NCBI RefSeq assembly: GCF_009914755.1
Contig: NC_060925.1
From: the human T2T-CHM13v2.0 reference genome, Homo sapiens
Direction: 5' to 3' (one strand)
Length of the DNA: 64,000 bases
Part shown: in pieces, positions 1-14,866 of the stretch
Layout: every line of letters begins with the position of its first letter
How positions within the stretch are numbered: position 1 is the stretch's first letter
Position numbers and translations under genes: made by a program
Notes under the pieces: model-generated
Seen by the model: the letters and a program-made list of their open reading frames with translations, nothing else
What the model was told of the DNA's origin: nothing
Databases searched by the model: none

Positions 1-501
1 AAGCTCAAAATTTGATTGAATGCTAAACAAATACATATAATTGAACATTGTGTGAAACTAAGTACTTATCCAGTGAATAAAATCAACAGTTACAACAATG
101 TTAGACTGAACATGCTGCAATTTCTGTGTACTTTTCTTCTCAGATTGTTTAGTAACAGGTAAGAAATAAAAATGTTTACATAAGTAAGGATGTTCTCAAA
201 GATTTACGTCCAAGAATAATCATCCTTGTACTGTTTATAACAGTTAAAGATTGAAAACTACTTAAAAGACAGTCAATGGAGTATTGGTTGAATAATGTGA
301 TGTATTTTTATAATGGAATATACCCATCTGATACTTAAAAACATTATTGGTTACCAAACCAAAAAATATGTTTACAATATTTTTAAGAGAAATAAGCAGA
401 ACTCCAAACTCTGCATTCAATGTGATCCCATATTCAATATCCTTTGTTTTATTTATATATTTTTGCTATATTTTACCTCAATTAGAATCCTACTCTATAA
501 C

Positions 502-690
502 CTACTGACTGTGTGTTTGAAAGTTACTTAAGGCTTAAATTTTTAGCTTTCAATTCATTATGTGTAAAATAGGAATACTAGTAGTACCTACACAATAAGG
601 TTGTTGTGTAGAGTAAATGAATTAATGTATATTAAATGCTTTGAACATTTCCTGGCATATGGTAATCATGATCTGTCAGTTGCTGATGTT
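502..690 (+). mobile_element. MIR SINE (decayed)
   Basis: Core resembles MIR: 'tgtaaaataggaatactagtagtacctacacaataaggttgttgtgtagagtaaatgaattaatg...cctggcatatggtaa'. Confidence 0.8.
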
Positions 691-981
691 CTTATTAGTA
701 GCAATAGAAGGAGATGAAGTACTATTATATGGGCCATCAATGGTTTTCTCTGGAAGGTGGAATTCTGGGGACCTTAGTTTCTTTCCTTAGTTAATAAACT
801 TTTTACAATAAGTTTGTTGCTCTCTTGTAAGAAAAAACCAGATTTTAGTAATAATTTTAAAAGCATAGATTTAATAATAGAAAAAAATAAGATGATGCTT
901 CTCCCACAGATAGTCTCATAAAAAGTGGGAGAACAATTCTATTTTTTTCTTCTTTAAATAATTCTCCCATTAGTGTGTTGA

Positions 982-1628
982 CAGTGTTACTCAAGAGATT
1001 TCCAGGGATCTACACATAGATTTTTGATGGTCCAAAAGTTTTCTTAAATAATATTTTAATTTAGATTGGTTTAATTCTAAAAAATTACCATGAGCATGTC
1101 TGGATCTTCCAGATGCTACACATACACACAAACACTGCCAAGTGATTGCAGCACATCGTGACTGTCTCAGGGTAAGAAAAGAACAGTCTTAATTGTAATG
1201 ATGTCGTTTTGCCAAATAGGATTCCATTGACCTAATACCACATTGAAGGAATGAAGGTTTTGCTGTGTTGTATACTGAACAGAAGAAAGTGGTGTAAGAA
1301 ATGAATCGTGCCAAGCTTAGAATCTCAAAAGAACTGGGATCACAGCACTCCCATATCTGTGATGTGGTTTGCTTTGGCAAACACCATACATCACAATAAA
1401 TGTAAACGATTAATTCCAATTTTACAGTGTTTATACTATTTTTACATTTAATTTTATAAATTCATTTGCGATTTATAGTGGTTTAAGGACCTGAAGCTTT
1501 TATTAGGAAATTATACTTAGTTTTATGTTTATATGCTTAAGTGACATAATAAAAATAAACAGTGAGTGTTTATGAGAAATATTTTTTCTCTAAATGGGGT
1601 ACACGCGTTCAAGATTGATAAATGATAT
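982..1628 (+). mobile_element. hAT/Charlie-type DNA transposon remnant
   Basis: Charlie-like left end 'cagtgttactcaa' and decayed right end 'ggggtacacgcgttcaagattgataaa'; the interior resembles a degraded transposase C-terminus (...EGFAVLY...KLRIS...HHTSQ*). Confidence 0.45.
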
Positions 1629-4624
1629 ACTGTGCAAGCTCTGACTAGAATAGAATTTTAATTTAAATTAATTAAAATATTTAAAAATTCTTATTATAGT
1701 TATAACACCGGGCTAGCAGTCTGAGTACTACAGAAGGCATTTACGCTATGTTCTGGTTCTTGATGGTTTCACAATTTTTAAGACATTATTCATGAAACTA
1801 TTAATATTAAGTAGCAAAATAAGATAGCATGTGGTTAAGTACCTGGAGTTGTTCAGACAGTAAATGTCTAGGAGTTTAGCTCAGGGGAAAAGCCCAGAGG
1901 GTTGGAATGGTGAAGGAAGGCTGCCAGGGGGAGTTGGAACTTTAACTTCTAGTCTTGAGGGAGGAGCAGGAGGGATTCCAGCCAGAGGACTCTCATAGAA
2001 AAAGAGGAGGGGTAGCAGTGAAGGTGTCGCATCTGGCATGGGTTTGTGAAGGAATAGAGTGGGAACCATGTGCGTGACCTCGGAGCAGGACACAGGGAGC
2101 CATTAAAAGTTTATCAAGAGAGTAATATAGTAAAAGTAACATTTTGAAAATGACTCTTCTGATCGAAGCATTTAATAAGCTCTTACAACATGCCAAGCAC
2201 TACGCTAAGCATAAACATGTTGCCTCAATGCAAGATGGACTTAGAATGGAGGCAGAAAAGACCCCAGCTGTGACAAGAATGCACATTTGAGAATCTGGGC
2301 CATGTCTGATTGCCTGTCTTGTTTTTGTTGCCCCAAACAAACAAAGAAACAACAAAGGCAGGGAAAAGTGTAATAGCCAAAGTAATAACTGGCAGCTGCA
2401 CAAGCCCTCGGTCAGGTCCATGTCATTACAGGAGTCCCTGGTGCCCCACACTTCCTAAAGGCAGAAGAGCCACAGAATGGCAATGAATATGTAAAGGTGA
2501 GCCTGGGTGGTTAGGTCATTTCTTCAGGAAGGAAAGACAGAAATAAAATCAGAACAGGGTGTATGTGTGTGTGTATGTGTTTGTGTGTCCAGAGGAGTTG
2601 GTACGATGACTTGTCCAGCTTGTCTTTAGACAAGCGTTCTGTATGGTATGATCTTTACTTTAGCAGACTTACCCAGGCCATATCTTGTGGCAGCAAAGTC
2701 CTACAGTTGGAATTAGGGGAATTTGGGGTTAAATTCCACCCTGCCTTTTACTAGCTCTATGACCTTCTACAAGTCATTTAGACTATATTTACCTTATCTT
2801 CCTGAATCATAAAATGTAGGTCATAATAGTTCACAGAATTGGCAGGAAAAGGAAGCAAGGACTATTTTGTCAGTGCATCATATATACCACCCTTACCCTT
2901 GCTCTGATGTTTTGCTTTATCACAGTTCATCAGCAGCTGCTGCAGGATCCCTGCTCTGGCTCCCAGAGAGCAACACACTTGGGTTGTGTGAGAGCCTCCT
3001 GTGTAAACAACTGGGCCATAAAACAGAGCCCACCAGCTGCCACTCATGGCTCCTTCAGAGTCAGCAGAGGTGAAGGCTACAGAGACAACCCAGATTCACT
3101 AAGAAAATGACCAAGGATTGGAATAGGATTGTGGGTGGGGACGCAGGCTTGGAGCAGCCACATAAAACAGTCATTCTTAGCTCAGACCCTTGGCGATGGC
3201 TGCTCGGTCCCTCCATTCCTTTTCCCACAGGACACTGGACTGAAAAAAAGCATAGACAAGGCAGTCTGAGGTCTGGGAGTGAGGTTGCAGGGACACGTTG
3301 TATAATACTTGCCCACAGTGGAGATGAGACTGAAGCAAGAGCTCCCAGGTTGCCCAGAGAAATGAACTCATAAGTATGTATTGAACCCAGACATCACTCT
3401 CTGAGGCTAAGCATAGAACTGCCATAGTGTGGGAAATCTCTTTTCTTTCCATCCACCTTACATTTTTCTCTCCTATAAGCAGCAACTTAGAGCAGATATG
3501 CATTCCTTTTGCCCAGCTCACAGTCTTTCATCCTCTTGAGTTTGCCTATCTAGAAAAGGTCATGGATTTTATGTTCTGTAGTTCTTCATTTAGCCCTTGA
3601 ATCAGACTGATAAAAGACTAATTTTCTAGTACCAAAGATACAGCCTAGAGCAGGTTCTTCTATTTGAAGACAAGTAGATTTTACACACACACTTGGACTT
3701 ACAGAATATAATTAAAACATAAGAGAGCTTTCATGGCCACTCCAGCTCTTCTGGAAATCTAATGGAGAAGAAATAGGTAGAACTTCCAACCACAGAAGCA
3801 GGTTGAGGGTTTCTACTCCAGTGCGCCATTTTCTTTTTTTCTTTTTAACCACCCCTTTTAATTTACAATCCTTATCAAGCATAGGTTGAAAAAACTAATT
3901 ATCCTGAAAGCGTTCCAGGAATTCAGAGTTGGGCTCCCCAGGTACATCAAGAATGGCCAGACACCCCAAGCAGGGCCTCCCTATCAAAAGCAATTAACTA
4001 ATCTTTTAAATATACATGACTGAGATTAAGTCATAGAACTTAGATTTCCAACATATGTTTGGCATTTGAATTCAAACTACTGAATTACGAGAAAGTTGCA
4101 CCAGCCAGCTTTGTAAGAGCCCTACAGGCTTCAACTACACAGCGGCATGCTGGTGACCAAATTAAAAAAAAAATTAACTTCCTTGTAAAGTAAGTTTAAG
4201 TTAGAAAACTCTAGACCCCCAAAAGAGATTGTTATCTATAGTCTTTAATTCAACCAACATTAATTGGACATCTCCTGGTACCTGAGCAACACTGAGATAT
4301 GTTACTGATTAACAGTAACTTAGTTCAGCAGTTAGTGTGAGATAAGCTTGAATCATCTCACCTAGTTCAGTTTAACCAGTCTACCTAAACCCCTTTTAAT
4401 TATCCATCTTTATCAAGCACTGGATGTATTAAACCAGCTCTTTACTGCATGGTACATATGCCTCCTTTCTTCCTACCTAGAGGAAAGATGAATAAATGGT
4501 CATCTCCAAGTTATTTGAGTACCACATTGTTCTATTTCCATAAGAATCTTCTAAAAGAATGGGTATGAATTTCTCCTATATATAGTGGTCTGAGAGGCTC
4601 CATCCGCTTCTTCAATGCCCACAT

Positions 4625-5409
<785 letters not shown>

Positions 5410-6629
5410 ACATGATCCACTTTCTTACTGCCCTCCACACTGTCCGGGCCAGAAATAGAAGACATGCTTTCTTACCTCCACTTTTGTAGGACTGAATGGG
5501 CTGGGGAGGCATTAAGTGACAAACCTAAGAAAAGAAACAGAGTGAATCTGAATCTAAACTCTACTTTGTCTTCATTCCGAGAGTGGCATCTGCTGACATA
5601 TGCTTCTCCTTTTCCAGATGTAGTGATGAGGGCTTCTGCTTACACAGGAGCCCCGGGAGAACCAAAACTCCACTGGCTGTTTATAGTTTGTTGTAGGCTC
5701 CTAAAGTCAGCACTGATTCAAACCCCTTAGCTTAGCTCTCTGCTGCCTACATTTCTTAGGGAAGCGGCTCTGGGGAACACGGGAGGAATAAGCATGGAGG
5801 GAGGTAACAAAGCTATTTTGAAGTGTGACTTGGAATATATTAAGCTAGTTTATTCTGCATGGAAGAAATCTGAGAAGCATAAGTAATAAAGGAACAGGGG
5901 TGAGGATGTTACAGAAAAAAACACATAGGCTATGCACTCTAGGAAATCTGTTCTCTAATTTAACTAGAAGAGTTAATGATTTTAATGATTTGTTGTGATC
6001 TCAAAACAACAGTTAAGTCTATTATGGTGTTTTGCTTCATTAAGCAAATGGTGGTGGGTTGAGGGGCTTGGGTTGAATTTTTGAGGTTGTTTTGCTGTGA
6101 AGACACCCACATTTAAATAATAAGAACAAACTCCTGGGGCCCAGGAACAATTGGCTCTTAAATCCTTTGTAGTGAGAAATGGAAGGATGCCCTGAAAACT
6201 TAACCCAAAAGTTTGCTCAAATGTGTCTTTTGTGTATTCAGGGCAGAAAGCAAACAAGCACAGAAAATTGAAAGTTGCTCTTCTTCTTGGCTTGAGGCCC
6301 TAGTCCAGGGGAAAAGACACATGGTTCCCAGCATATTGATGCTCTGGGGGAAATGTCTGAACATACTTCTAGAATAGTCAAAGACCATTCCCACTGTCAT
6401 GTGCAGAGATATGTCTTATGTTTATAATGTTATTTACGTGATAAGGAGACAGAACTGTCAAAATAATAACATAGTAAACTTGGCTGTTCAGAGTTCTCTA
6501 TTAAATGCCATTTAAGCTTATCTACAGTATCATGATCATCAAAATGTAAACAAAAATTCTGAGGCACAAAATATATTCTGAAATGCTTCTGAGGTCATCA
6601 GAAACCTCTATATACATAATGTCTTCTTT

Positions 6630-7568
6630 GAAATTTTTTGCTTTCACTGACACCTGACTCTTTCCAAAAGATGCTGCCTTTCCTACAGCCCTTTCAAGTG
6701 ATTTAACTTAGAAAATTTTAGAAAACTCAAGGCCGCCATACCACTGATAACACTGTCTATAGGCAGGCCATCTGAAGTCCATGTTTCCTATTGCCACTTC
6801 CAGATCTTTAGCCCTTATACCTACATAACTCCCTCTTTCTCCTCTCCAGCTTTGATGGCAACGCCATCAAATTATATTATCACTCCCTCCTCCTTTTCAT
6901 CTAGAGATCTCAAGATGGATTAAGCTTCTTTATTCCTTGTTGGTTTTAGCCCCTGGTTTACCGATACTCTCTCTAAACAACTCCTGTCACAGTTCTTCCT
7001 GATTTTAATATGCCTGAAGATGTTCCTTTCAATACTGGACTCTCAGTTCCATGACTTAATCTCTTCCATTTTCTCAGCCAACCAATCCCATGGTCGTTCC
7101 CTAGACCTTGCCATTACCAATAACAATGCACTCATATCAATTTTAAACATCCTCTTTATCTTACCAGCATCTCTTGTTTTTCCAGCTTATTCTAAGTGCC
7201 TCATCTCCAGTAATTCTTCCCAATCCCATGGTCATTCCCTATATCTTGTCATTATCAATAACATCAACTTAATATCAATTTTAAGCATCCTCTAATCTTG
7301 CCAGCATCTCTTGTCTTTCTGACTCAAGTGCCTCATCTCCAGTATTTCTTTTGTGCAAACTTGCCAAACTATATCTAAAAATCTATCCATCACACAAGCT
7401 TTTCAATATCTCTCACTCCCTCCATGACATCATTTCCTTTACATGGGCATACATGCCAAGATGAATAACTATAATCATTCCCTTGTGCACAATTTTGACA
7501 CCCTTGACTTTCTCTCATCTTTTTTCTCTTCACCAAAATCACCCAGCAAAATTCCCAACTAAGCATTT
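6630..7568 (+). mobile_element. L2 LINE, ORF2 endonuclease-region fragment (5' piece of a split L2)
   Basis: C/T-rich L2-like sequence; translation QSHGRSLDLAITNN matches the L2/CR1 endonuclease H-x-x-G-x-x-LDL motif. Confidence 0.7.
7082..7350 (+). repeat. Diverged tandem duplication, about 135-bp unit (7082-7218 / 7220-7350)
   Basis: Both units run ccaatcccatggtc...aagtgcctcatctccagta(a/t)ttctt, with many substitutions and small indels. Confidence 0.9.
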
Positions 7569-7581
7569 AAATGTGCCTAGA

Positions 7582-10500
7582 AAAACCTAGAAGAGATGAA
7601 TAAATTTCTGGACATATAACCTCCCAAAATAGAACCAGGAAGAAATGGAAGTCCTGAACAGATGAATAATGAGTAGCAAGATTGAATCAGTAATTTTTTA
7701 AAAATCTCCCAACAAAAAAAGAGCCCAGGACCAGATGGATTTACAGCCAAATTCTACCAAACATACATACCTATTCTCCCAAAACTATTTCAAAAATAGA
7801 GGAGGAGAGAATACTCCCTAACTCATTCTCTGAGACTAGTATACCCTGATACAAAAACCAGACAAGGGCACAACATAAAAAGAAAACTACAGACAAATAT
7901 CCCTGATGAACACAGATGCAAAATTCCTCAACAAAATCCTACCAAATTGAGTCCAACAGCACATCAAAAAGATGTAATCCTAAGATCAATTGGGATTTAT
8001 CACAGGGATGCAAGGATGGTTCACCATATGCAAATCAATAAATGTGGTACATCGCATAAACATAATTAAAGACAAAAAACATATGATCATCTTAAAATAG
8101 ATGCAGAAAAACCCTTTGATAAAATTCAGGATCGCTTCATGATAAAAATCCTCAACATAGAAGGAACATACCTCAACATAATAAAGGCCATACATGACAA
8201 ATCCCCCACAAACATCACATTCAGTGGGGAAAAAATTGAAAGCATTCCCTCTAAGAACTGGAACAAGACAAGGATGCCCACTTTTACCACTCTTACTTCC
8301 CATAGTACTGGAAGTTCTTGCCAGAGCAATCAGGCAAGAGAAAAAAAGAAAAACATCAAAATTGGAAAAGACAAAGTCAAATTATCCCTGTTTTCTGATG
8401 ATATGATCTTATATCCAGAAAACCCTAACAACTCCACCAGAAAACTCTTAGATTTGATAAATGAATTAAGTAAAACTTCAAGATGCAAAATCAACTTGCA
8501 AAAATCAGTAGCATTTTCACATACCAATAATGATATAGTTGAGGAACATATCAAGAAGGCAATCCCATTTACCTAGCAGTGTATTTAACCAAAATACCTA
8601 GGAGTAAATTTAACCAAGGAGGTGAAAGAGCTCTACAAGGAAAAGTACAAAATACTGATAAAACAAATTGTAGATGATAGAAATGGAAAAACATCCCATG
8701 CTAATATAGTTTGAATATTTGTCCCAAACCAAATCTCATGTTGAATTGTAATCCCCAATGCTGGAGGTGGGGCCTGGTGGAAGGTGTTTGGATCATGGGA
8801 CAGAATCCCTCATGGCTTGGTGCTATCTTTGTGATAGTGAGTTCTCATGAGATCTGTTCTTTTAAAAGTGTATGGCACATCCCACCTCACTCTCTCTGTT
8901 GATTTTGCTCTGGCCATGTGATGTGCCTGCTTCCCCTTCAATTTCCACCATGATTTTAAGCTTCCTGAGGCCTCCCTAGAAGCCAAGCAGATGCCAGCAC
9001 CAGGCTCCCTATAAATCCTGTAGAACCATGAGTCAATTAAACCTCTTTCTTTTAAAAACTACCCAGTGTCAGGTATTACTTTATAGTAATGTAAGAACAG
9101 CCTAAAACAGAAAATTGATATCAAGGAAAGGGCATTGCTATAAAGACACCTGAAAATGTGGAAATGGCTTTGAAACTGGGTAATGGGCAAATGTTGGAAG
9201 AGTTTGGAGGGCTCAGAAGAAGACAGAAAGACGAGGAAAAGTTTGGAACTTCTTAGAGACTGGTTAAGTAGTTGTGACCAAAATGCTGATAGTGATATGG
9301 ACAGTAAAGTATAGGCTGACAAGGTCCCAGATGGTGATGCGGAACTTATTGCGAACTGGAGCAATGGTAATGTGTGTTATTCCTTAGCAAAAAACTTGGC
9401 TGTGTTGGAAGTTTGAATTTCATGTTGATGATTTAGAGTATCTGGGAAAATAAGTATCTAAGAAGCAAAGCATTCAAGATGTGGCCTAGCTGCTTTTAAC
9501 AGTCTCAGATGTGGGAGCAAATAAATGACTTAAAGTTGAAATTTATATTTAAACAGGAAGCAGAGCATAAAAGTTTGGAAAATTTTCAGCCTAGCCATGT
9601 GGCAGAGGAAGAAAAAGCTGTTTTGGGAGAGGAATTCAAGCAGGCTCTGGAGCAGCTGCTAGCTAGAGATATTTGCATAACTAAAAGGGAGCCAAGTGCT
9701 ACTATTAAAGACAATGGAGAAAAGGCCTCAAAGGCATTTTATAGACCTTGTGGCAGTCCCTCCCATCACAGGCCCAGAGGCCTAGGAGGGAAGAATGGTT
9801 TCATGGACCAGGCACAGGGCCCCACTGACCTGCACAGCCTTGGGACACAGCCTCCCACATCCTGGCCACTCTAGCTCCAGCTGTGACTAAAGGGGGCCCA
9901 GATGCAGCTTGGGCTGTTGCTCTGGAGAATGCAAGCTGTAAGCCTTGGGAGCTTCTACGTGGTGTTAAGCCTGCAGGTACACTGAATGCAAGAGTGGTAA
10001 ATTCTTGGCAGCCTCTGCCTAGTTTTCAGAGGATGCATAAGAAAGACTGGGGGTCCACCCAGTCTCAGGTATTTCTTTATATCAATGTAAGAACAGTCTA
10101 ATAAACATGCTCATGGATTGAAAGAATTAATATCATTAAAGTGGCCATACTGCCCAAAGTATGGAATATAGAGGTTCAATGCCATCCCTAGCCAAATACC
10201 AATGTCATTTTTCACAGAATTAGGAAAAACAATTCTAATGTTCATGTGGCACCAAAATTGAGCATGAATAGCCAATGCAATTATAAGCAAAAAAGAATAA
10301 AGCTGTAGGCATCACATTCCCTGACTTCAAATTATACTACCAGGCTATAATAACCAAAACAGCATGGTACTAGTATTAAGAATAGACACACTGATCAATG
10401 GAACAGATGAAAACCCAGAAATAAAGCCACATACTTACAGCTAACTGATTTTTGAAAAGTCAACAAGAATATACACTGGGAAAATAACACTCTTTTCAGT

Positions 10501-11740
10501 AAATGGTGCTGGTAAAAGTGGATTGTCATAAGCATGAGAATGAAACTGGACCCCTATGTCATTATATACAAAAATCAACTCAAGATGGATTAAAGACTTG
10601 AATGTAAGTCTTGAAATTATAATAATACTGGAAGAAAACCTAGAGAAAGGTTTTCTAGACATTGGTCTTTGCAAAGAATTCATGACCAAGACCTCAAAAG
10701 CACAAGTAACAAAAAACAAAAAGAGACAAATGGGACTATGTTAAACTAAACAGCTTCTGCACAGAAAAAGAAATAATCAGCAGAGTGAATAGGCAACCTG
10801 TGGAATGGAAGAAAATATTTGCAAACTATACATCTGACAGCAGACTAATATCCAAAATTTATGAGGAACTCAAACAATGCAACAACAACAAAACTCGAAA
10901 TAATCTTTAAAAAGGGGGTTAAGGACATGAATAGACATTTTTCAAAAGAAACAAATGGCCAACAAGCACATTTTAAAATGTTCAACATTATTAATCATCA
11001 GAGAAATGCAAATTAAAGCCAGAATGAGATTTTATCTTACACTAATCAGAATAGATATTACTAAAAAGACAAAAAAAAAAAAACAACACATTGTAGAGGA
11101 TGCAGAGAAAAAGGAACACTTATACACTGTTGGTGGGAATGAAATTTGTACAACCTCTATGGAAAAAAGTATAGTGATTTCTCAAAGAACTAAATACAGA
11201 ACTACCATATGATCCAGCAATCTCACTACTAAGTAGCTACCCAAAGGAAGATACAGCAGTGTATCAAAAAGATACTTGCAGCCATATGCTTATCAAAGCA
11301 CTATTCACAATAGTCAACATATGTAATCAACCTCAGTGTCCATCAGTGGAGTATTGGATAAAAGAAATATGGTGTATATGCACAATGGCCTACTATTTCA
11401 CCATAAAAAGAATGAAATCCTGTCATTTGCAGCAACATGGATAGAATTGGAGGACATTATCTTAAATGAAACAACTCAGAAAGACAATACCACATGTTCT
11501 CGCTTATAAGTGGGAGTTAAATAATGTGTAAACATGGAAACAGAGCATAGAATGATGGACAGTAGAAACTTGAGGTGTGTGGGGGAGTGCAAGGGAGGTG
11601 GATGATGGGAAGTTGCTTGTTGGGTTCAATGTGGGTTGCTCCAGATGCACTAAAGGCCCTTACCTTACCACAGTGCAATATATCAATATAGCAAAAGTGC
11701 AGTTGTGCCCCATGAATATATTCAAATAAAAATAATAAAT
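7582..11740 (+). mobile_element. 5'-truncated LINE-1, L1PB-like (ORF2 remnant + 3'UTR)
   Basis: ORF2 RT fragments ([12 protein letters not shown]; [11 protein letters not shown]), L1PB-type 3'UTR, A-rich tail, decayed TSD aaatgtgcctaga / aaatatgtctaga (7569-7581 / 11741-11753). Confidence 0.9.
8702..10105 (+). mobile_element. MST (MaLR) provirus: 5' LTR 8702-9109, partial internal region, last ~50 bp of 3' LTR
   Basis: MST LTR start and end, MaLR internal sequence, 5-bp TSD catgc (8697-8701 / 10106-10110) inside L1 ORF2. Confidence 0.9.
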
Positions 11741-11753
11741 AAATATGTCTAGA

Positions 11754-12740
11754 GAAAATTACACAATTTTGCTGAATACATTTGTGATCTTAAGCAAGCC
11801 AGTAAGCCATTGGTTTTGTAAGGCAATATTTCCCAAATCCTTTCATCCTCTTACTTGTAGTTGACCACTTCACACCTTTTCTACTCTCTTCAAACTTCTA
11901 TTATCTCCTCCCCAATTATCACCTTGGAGTAATGGCCTTGCTTCCCATTTGACTAAGATAACAGGGTAACCAGAAATGCATTCCCAACCACCTACCCACA
12001 GCTGTCACTGAATGGTTGCCCTATCCTTCTGTTTTCATGGATGAATAGTCTGTGCTTGCTAAGCTTTTCCACTCCTTTCATCTACCCCAGCAATTCTCCA
12101 TCTGCCTCTCACAACATCAATTTTTCTCTCATGACTGATGATTCCTACAATTGAACAATCATGCTATAATTGGCAATCGTTTTTGGCTCAGGTTGCAAAA
12201 CTTGGGGGTCATTTCGACTCTGCTCCTTTTCTTGTACCCCTTCTCTGATCAACTGACAAATATAGTAAGTTCTATTTTCAACATATGTTCAGAATCCAAC
12301 AACTTTTTACCACCTCCCCAGGTACCACTCTTGTCCAAGCTATGCCATCTCTTGCTGGGATTATTACAATAGTTTATTAACTAATCTTCCTGTTTCTTCC
12401 CTTATGCTTTCTCATTTATTTCCAACAAATCATTGAGAATGATTCTTTTAAAATGTAAGTTAGTAAAGTCACTCCCCTGTCTAGAACTTACAAAGTTTCT
12501 TTAATACGTTCAAATCTGTTTCCCCCAGTACCTTGATGATTTTATCTCTAATACCCTCCACCTTGCTCACTCCATTCTGGCCATAGTAGCTTCCTGGATT
12601 TTCCTTGGACTCAAGAAACACATCTCCACCTAAAGACCTTTGCATTTGTTTCTCCATCTCCCTAGAACACGCTTTCCCTCAGATATCCTAATTGCTTTCA
12701 CCTATACTTCCTCAGATCTCTCCTTACATGTTGTCAGTGA
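11754..12740 (+). mobile_element. L2 LINE, middle piece of the split L2
   Basis: L2-like C/T-rich sequence ('ttcaacatatgttcagaatccaac...gattattacaatagtt') resuming after the L1PB TSD. Confidence 0.75.
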
Positions 12741-12756
12741 GATTTTTTTTAATTGA

Positions 12757-13042
12757 TTTTTTTTTTCAGAGATAGAGTCTCGCTCTGTTGCCCAGAGCTG
12801 GAGTGCAACGGCGCAATCACTGCAACATCCGCCTCCCAGGTTCAACCAATTCTCCTGTCTCAGCCTCCCAAGTAGCTGGGATTACAGGCACGCACCACCA
12901 CGCCTGGCTAATTTTTGTATTTTTAGTAGAGACGGGGTTTCATCATGTTGGCCAGGCTGTTCTCAAACTCTTGACCTTGTGATCTGCCTGACTCAGCCTC
13001 CCAAAGTGCTCGGATTACAGGCATGAGCCACCGTGCCCAGCC
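12757..13042 (-). mobile_element. AluS
   Basis: Reverse-complement Alu dimer inserted in the tail region of the antisense L1. Confidence 0.9.
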
Positions 13043-14576
13043 AAAAAAAAAATGATTTATTTTTATTGATACATAATCATTGTATATTTATGGGATACAT
13101 GTGATATTTTGATACTTGCGTACAACGTATAATAATTAAATCAGGGTATTTAGGATATCCATCACCGCAAACAGTGATCATTTCTTTGTGTTGGAAAAAT
13201 TTAAATCTTTTCTAGATATTTGAAAATATGCTATATATTATTGTTAACTATAATCACCATACTGTGCTATCAAACACTAGATCATATTGCTTCTATCTAA
13301 CCATATGATTGCACCCATTAACCAACCTCTCTTTTTCCCCCTACCCCTGTTTCCAGGCTCTGGTAACTACCATTCTACTTTCTATCTGTATGAGATCCAC
13401 TTTTTTAGCACTAACATATGAGTGAGAGCATGTGATATTTGTCTTTCTGTGCCTGGATCCTGTCACTTAACATAATGACTCCCAGTACCATCCATGTTGC
13501 TGCAAATGACAAGAGTCTATTCTTTACTCTTTTTCATGGCTAAATCTGTTATGTATATATACCATATTTCCATTCATTTGTTGATGAACACTTAGGCTGA
13601 TTCCATGTCTTGGCTATTATGAAAAGTGCTGCAATAAACATGGGGGAGCAGATATCCCTTTGATATACTGATTTCCTTTCCTATGGATAAATACCCAGAA
13701 GTAGGATTGCTAAATTGTATGGTAGTTCTATTTTTAGTTTTTGAGAAATTGCCATACTTTATTCCCTAGTGACTATACTAATTTACATTCCCACCAACAG
13801 TGTACAAGTTACTTCTACTCCACATCCTTGCCAGCATTTGTTAACTTTTGTCTTTTTGACATTAGCCATTTTAACTAGGATAAGATAGTATCTCATTGTG
13901 GCTTTGATTTGCATTTCCCTGATGATTAGTGATGTTGAGCATTTTTTCACATATCTGTTGGCCATTTTTATGTCTTCTTTTGGGAAATGTCTGTTCAGAT
14001 TCTTTGCCCACTTTTAATGAGATTATTTGGTTTTTCACTATTGGGTTGTATGAGTTCCATGTATATTCTGGATATTAGTTCCTTGTCAGATGAATAGTTT
14101 GCAAATATTTTCTTCCATTCTCCAGCTTTTCTCTTCCCTTTAATGATTGTTTTGTTTGCTGTACAGAAGCTTTTTTGGTTTAATATGGTCCGATGTGTCT
14201 ATTTTTGGTTTTGTTGCCTTGCTTTTAAAGTCTTAGCCATAAAATCTTTGCCTAGACCCATTTCCTGAAGCATTCCCCCTGTTTCCATCTAGTAATTTTA
14301 TAGTTTCAGATCTTACGTTTGTCTTTAATCTATTTTGAGTTGATTTTTGTATACGGTGAGATTAGGGATCTAGTTTTATTCTTCTGCATGTAGATATCCA
14401 GTTTTTCCAGCACTGTTTCTTGAAGAGGGTGTCTTTTTACCAAAATATGTTTTTGGCTCCTTTGTCAAAGATCCGTTGGCTATAAATACATTGATTTATT
14501 TCTGGGTTCTCTATTCTGTTCTATTGGTCTATGTGTCTCAATACCACCCTATTCTGATTACTATTGCTTTTGGAAG

Positions 14577-14866
14577 TTTTTTGTTTGTTCATTTGGTTTT
14601 TGAGACAGGGTCTCAATGTGTCATCCAGGCTAGAGTGAATAGCACAAGCATAGTGCACTGCAGCCTCAAACTCCTGGCCTCAAGTAATCCTCCAGCCTCA
14701 GACTCCTCAGTAGCTGAGACTATAGGCACACATCATGACACCCAGCTAATTTTTTATTTTTTTGTAGAGATGGGTCTTGCTATGTTGTCCAACTGGTCTC
14801 AAGTGATCTTCCTGCCTTGGCCTCCCAAAATGCCAGGATTATAGGCATGAGCCACCATGCCTGGCC
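14577..14866 (-). mobile_element. AluJ
   Basis: Diverged Alu dimer; TSD tactattgcttt / tactatcacttt. Confidence 0.85.

Noticed and set aside
3601-3611. atcagactgat, matching part of mature miR-21
   Set aside because: Only 11 nt, lacks the seed and a hairpin, and lies 48 kb from the VMP1 retrocopy; chance match.
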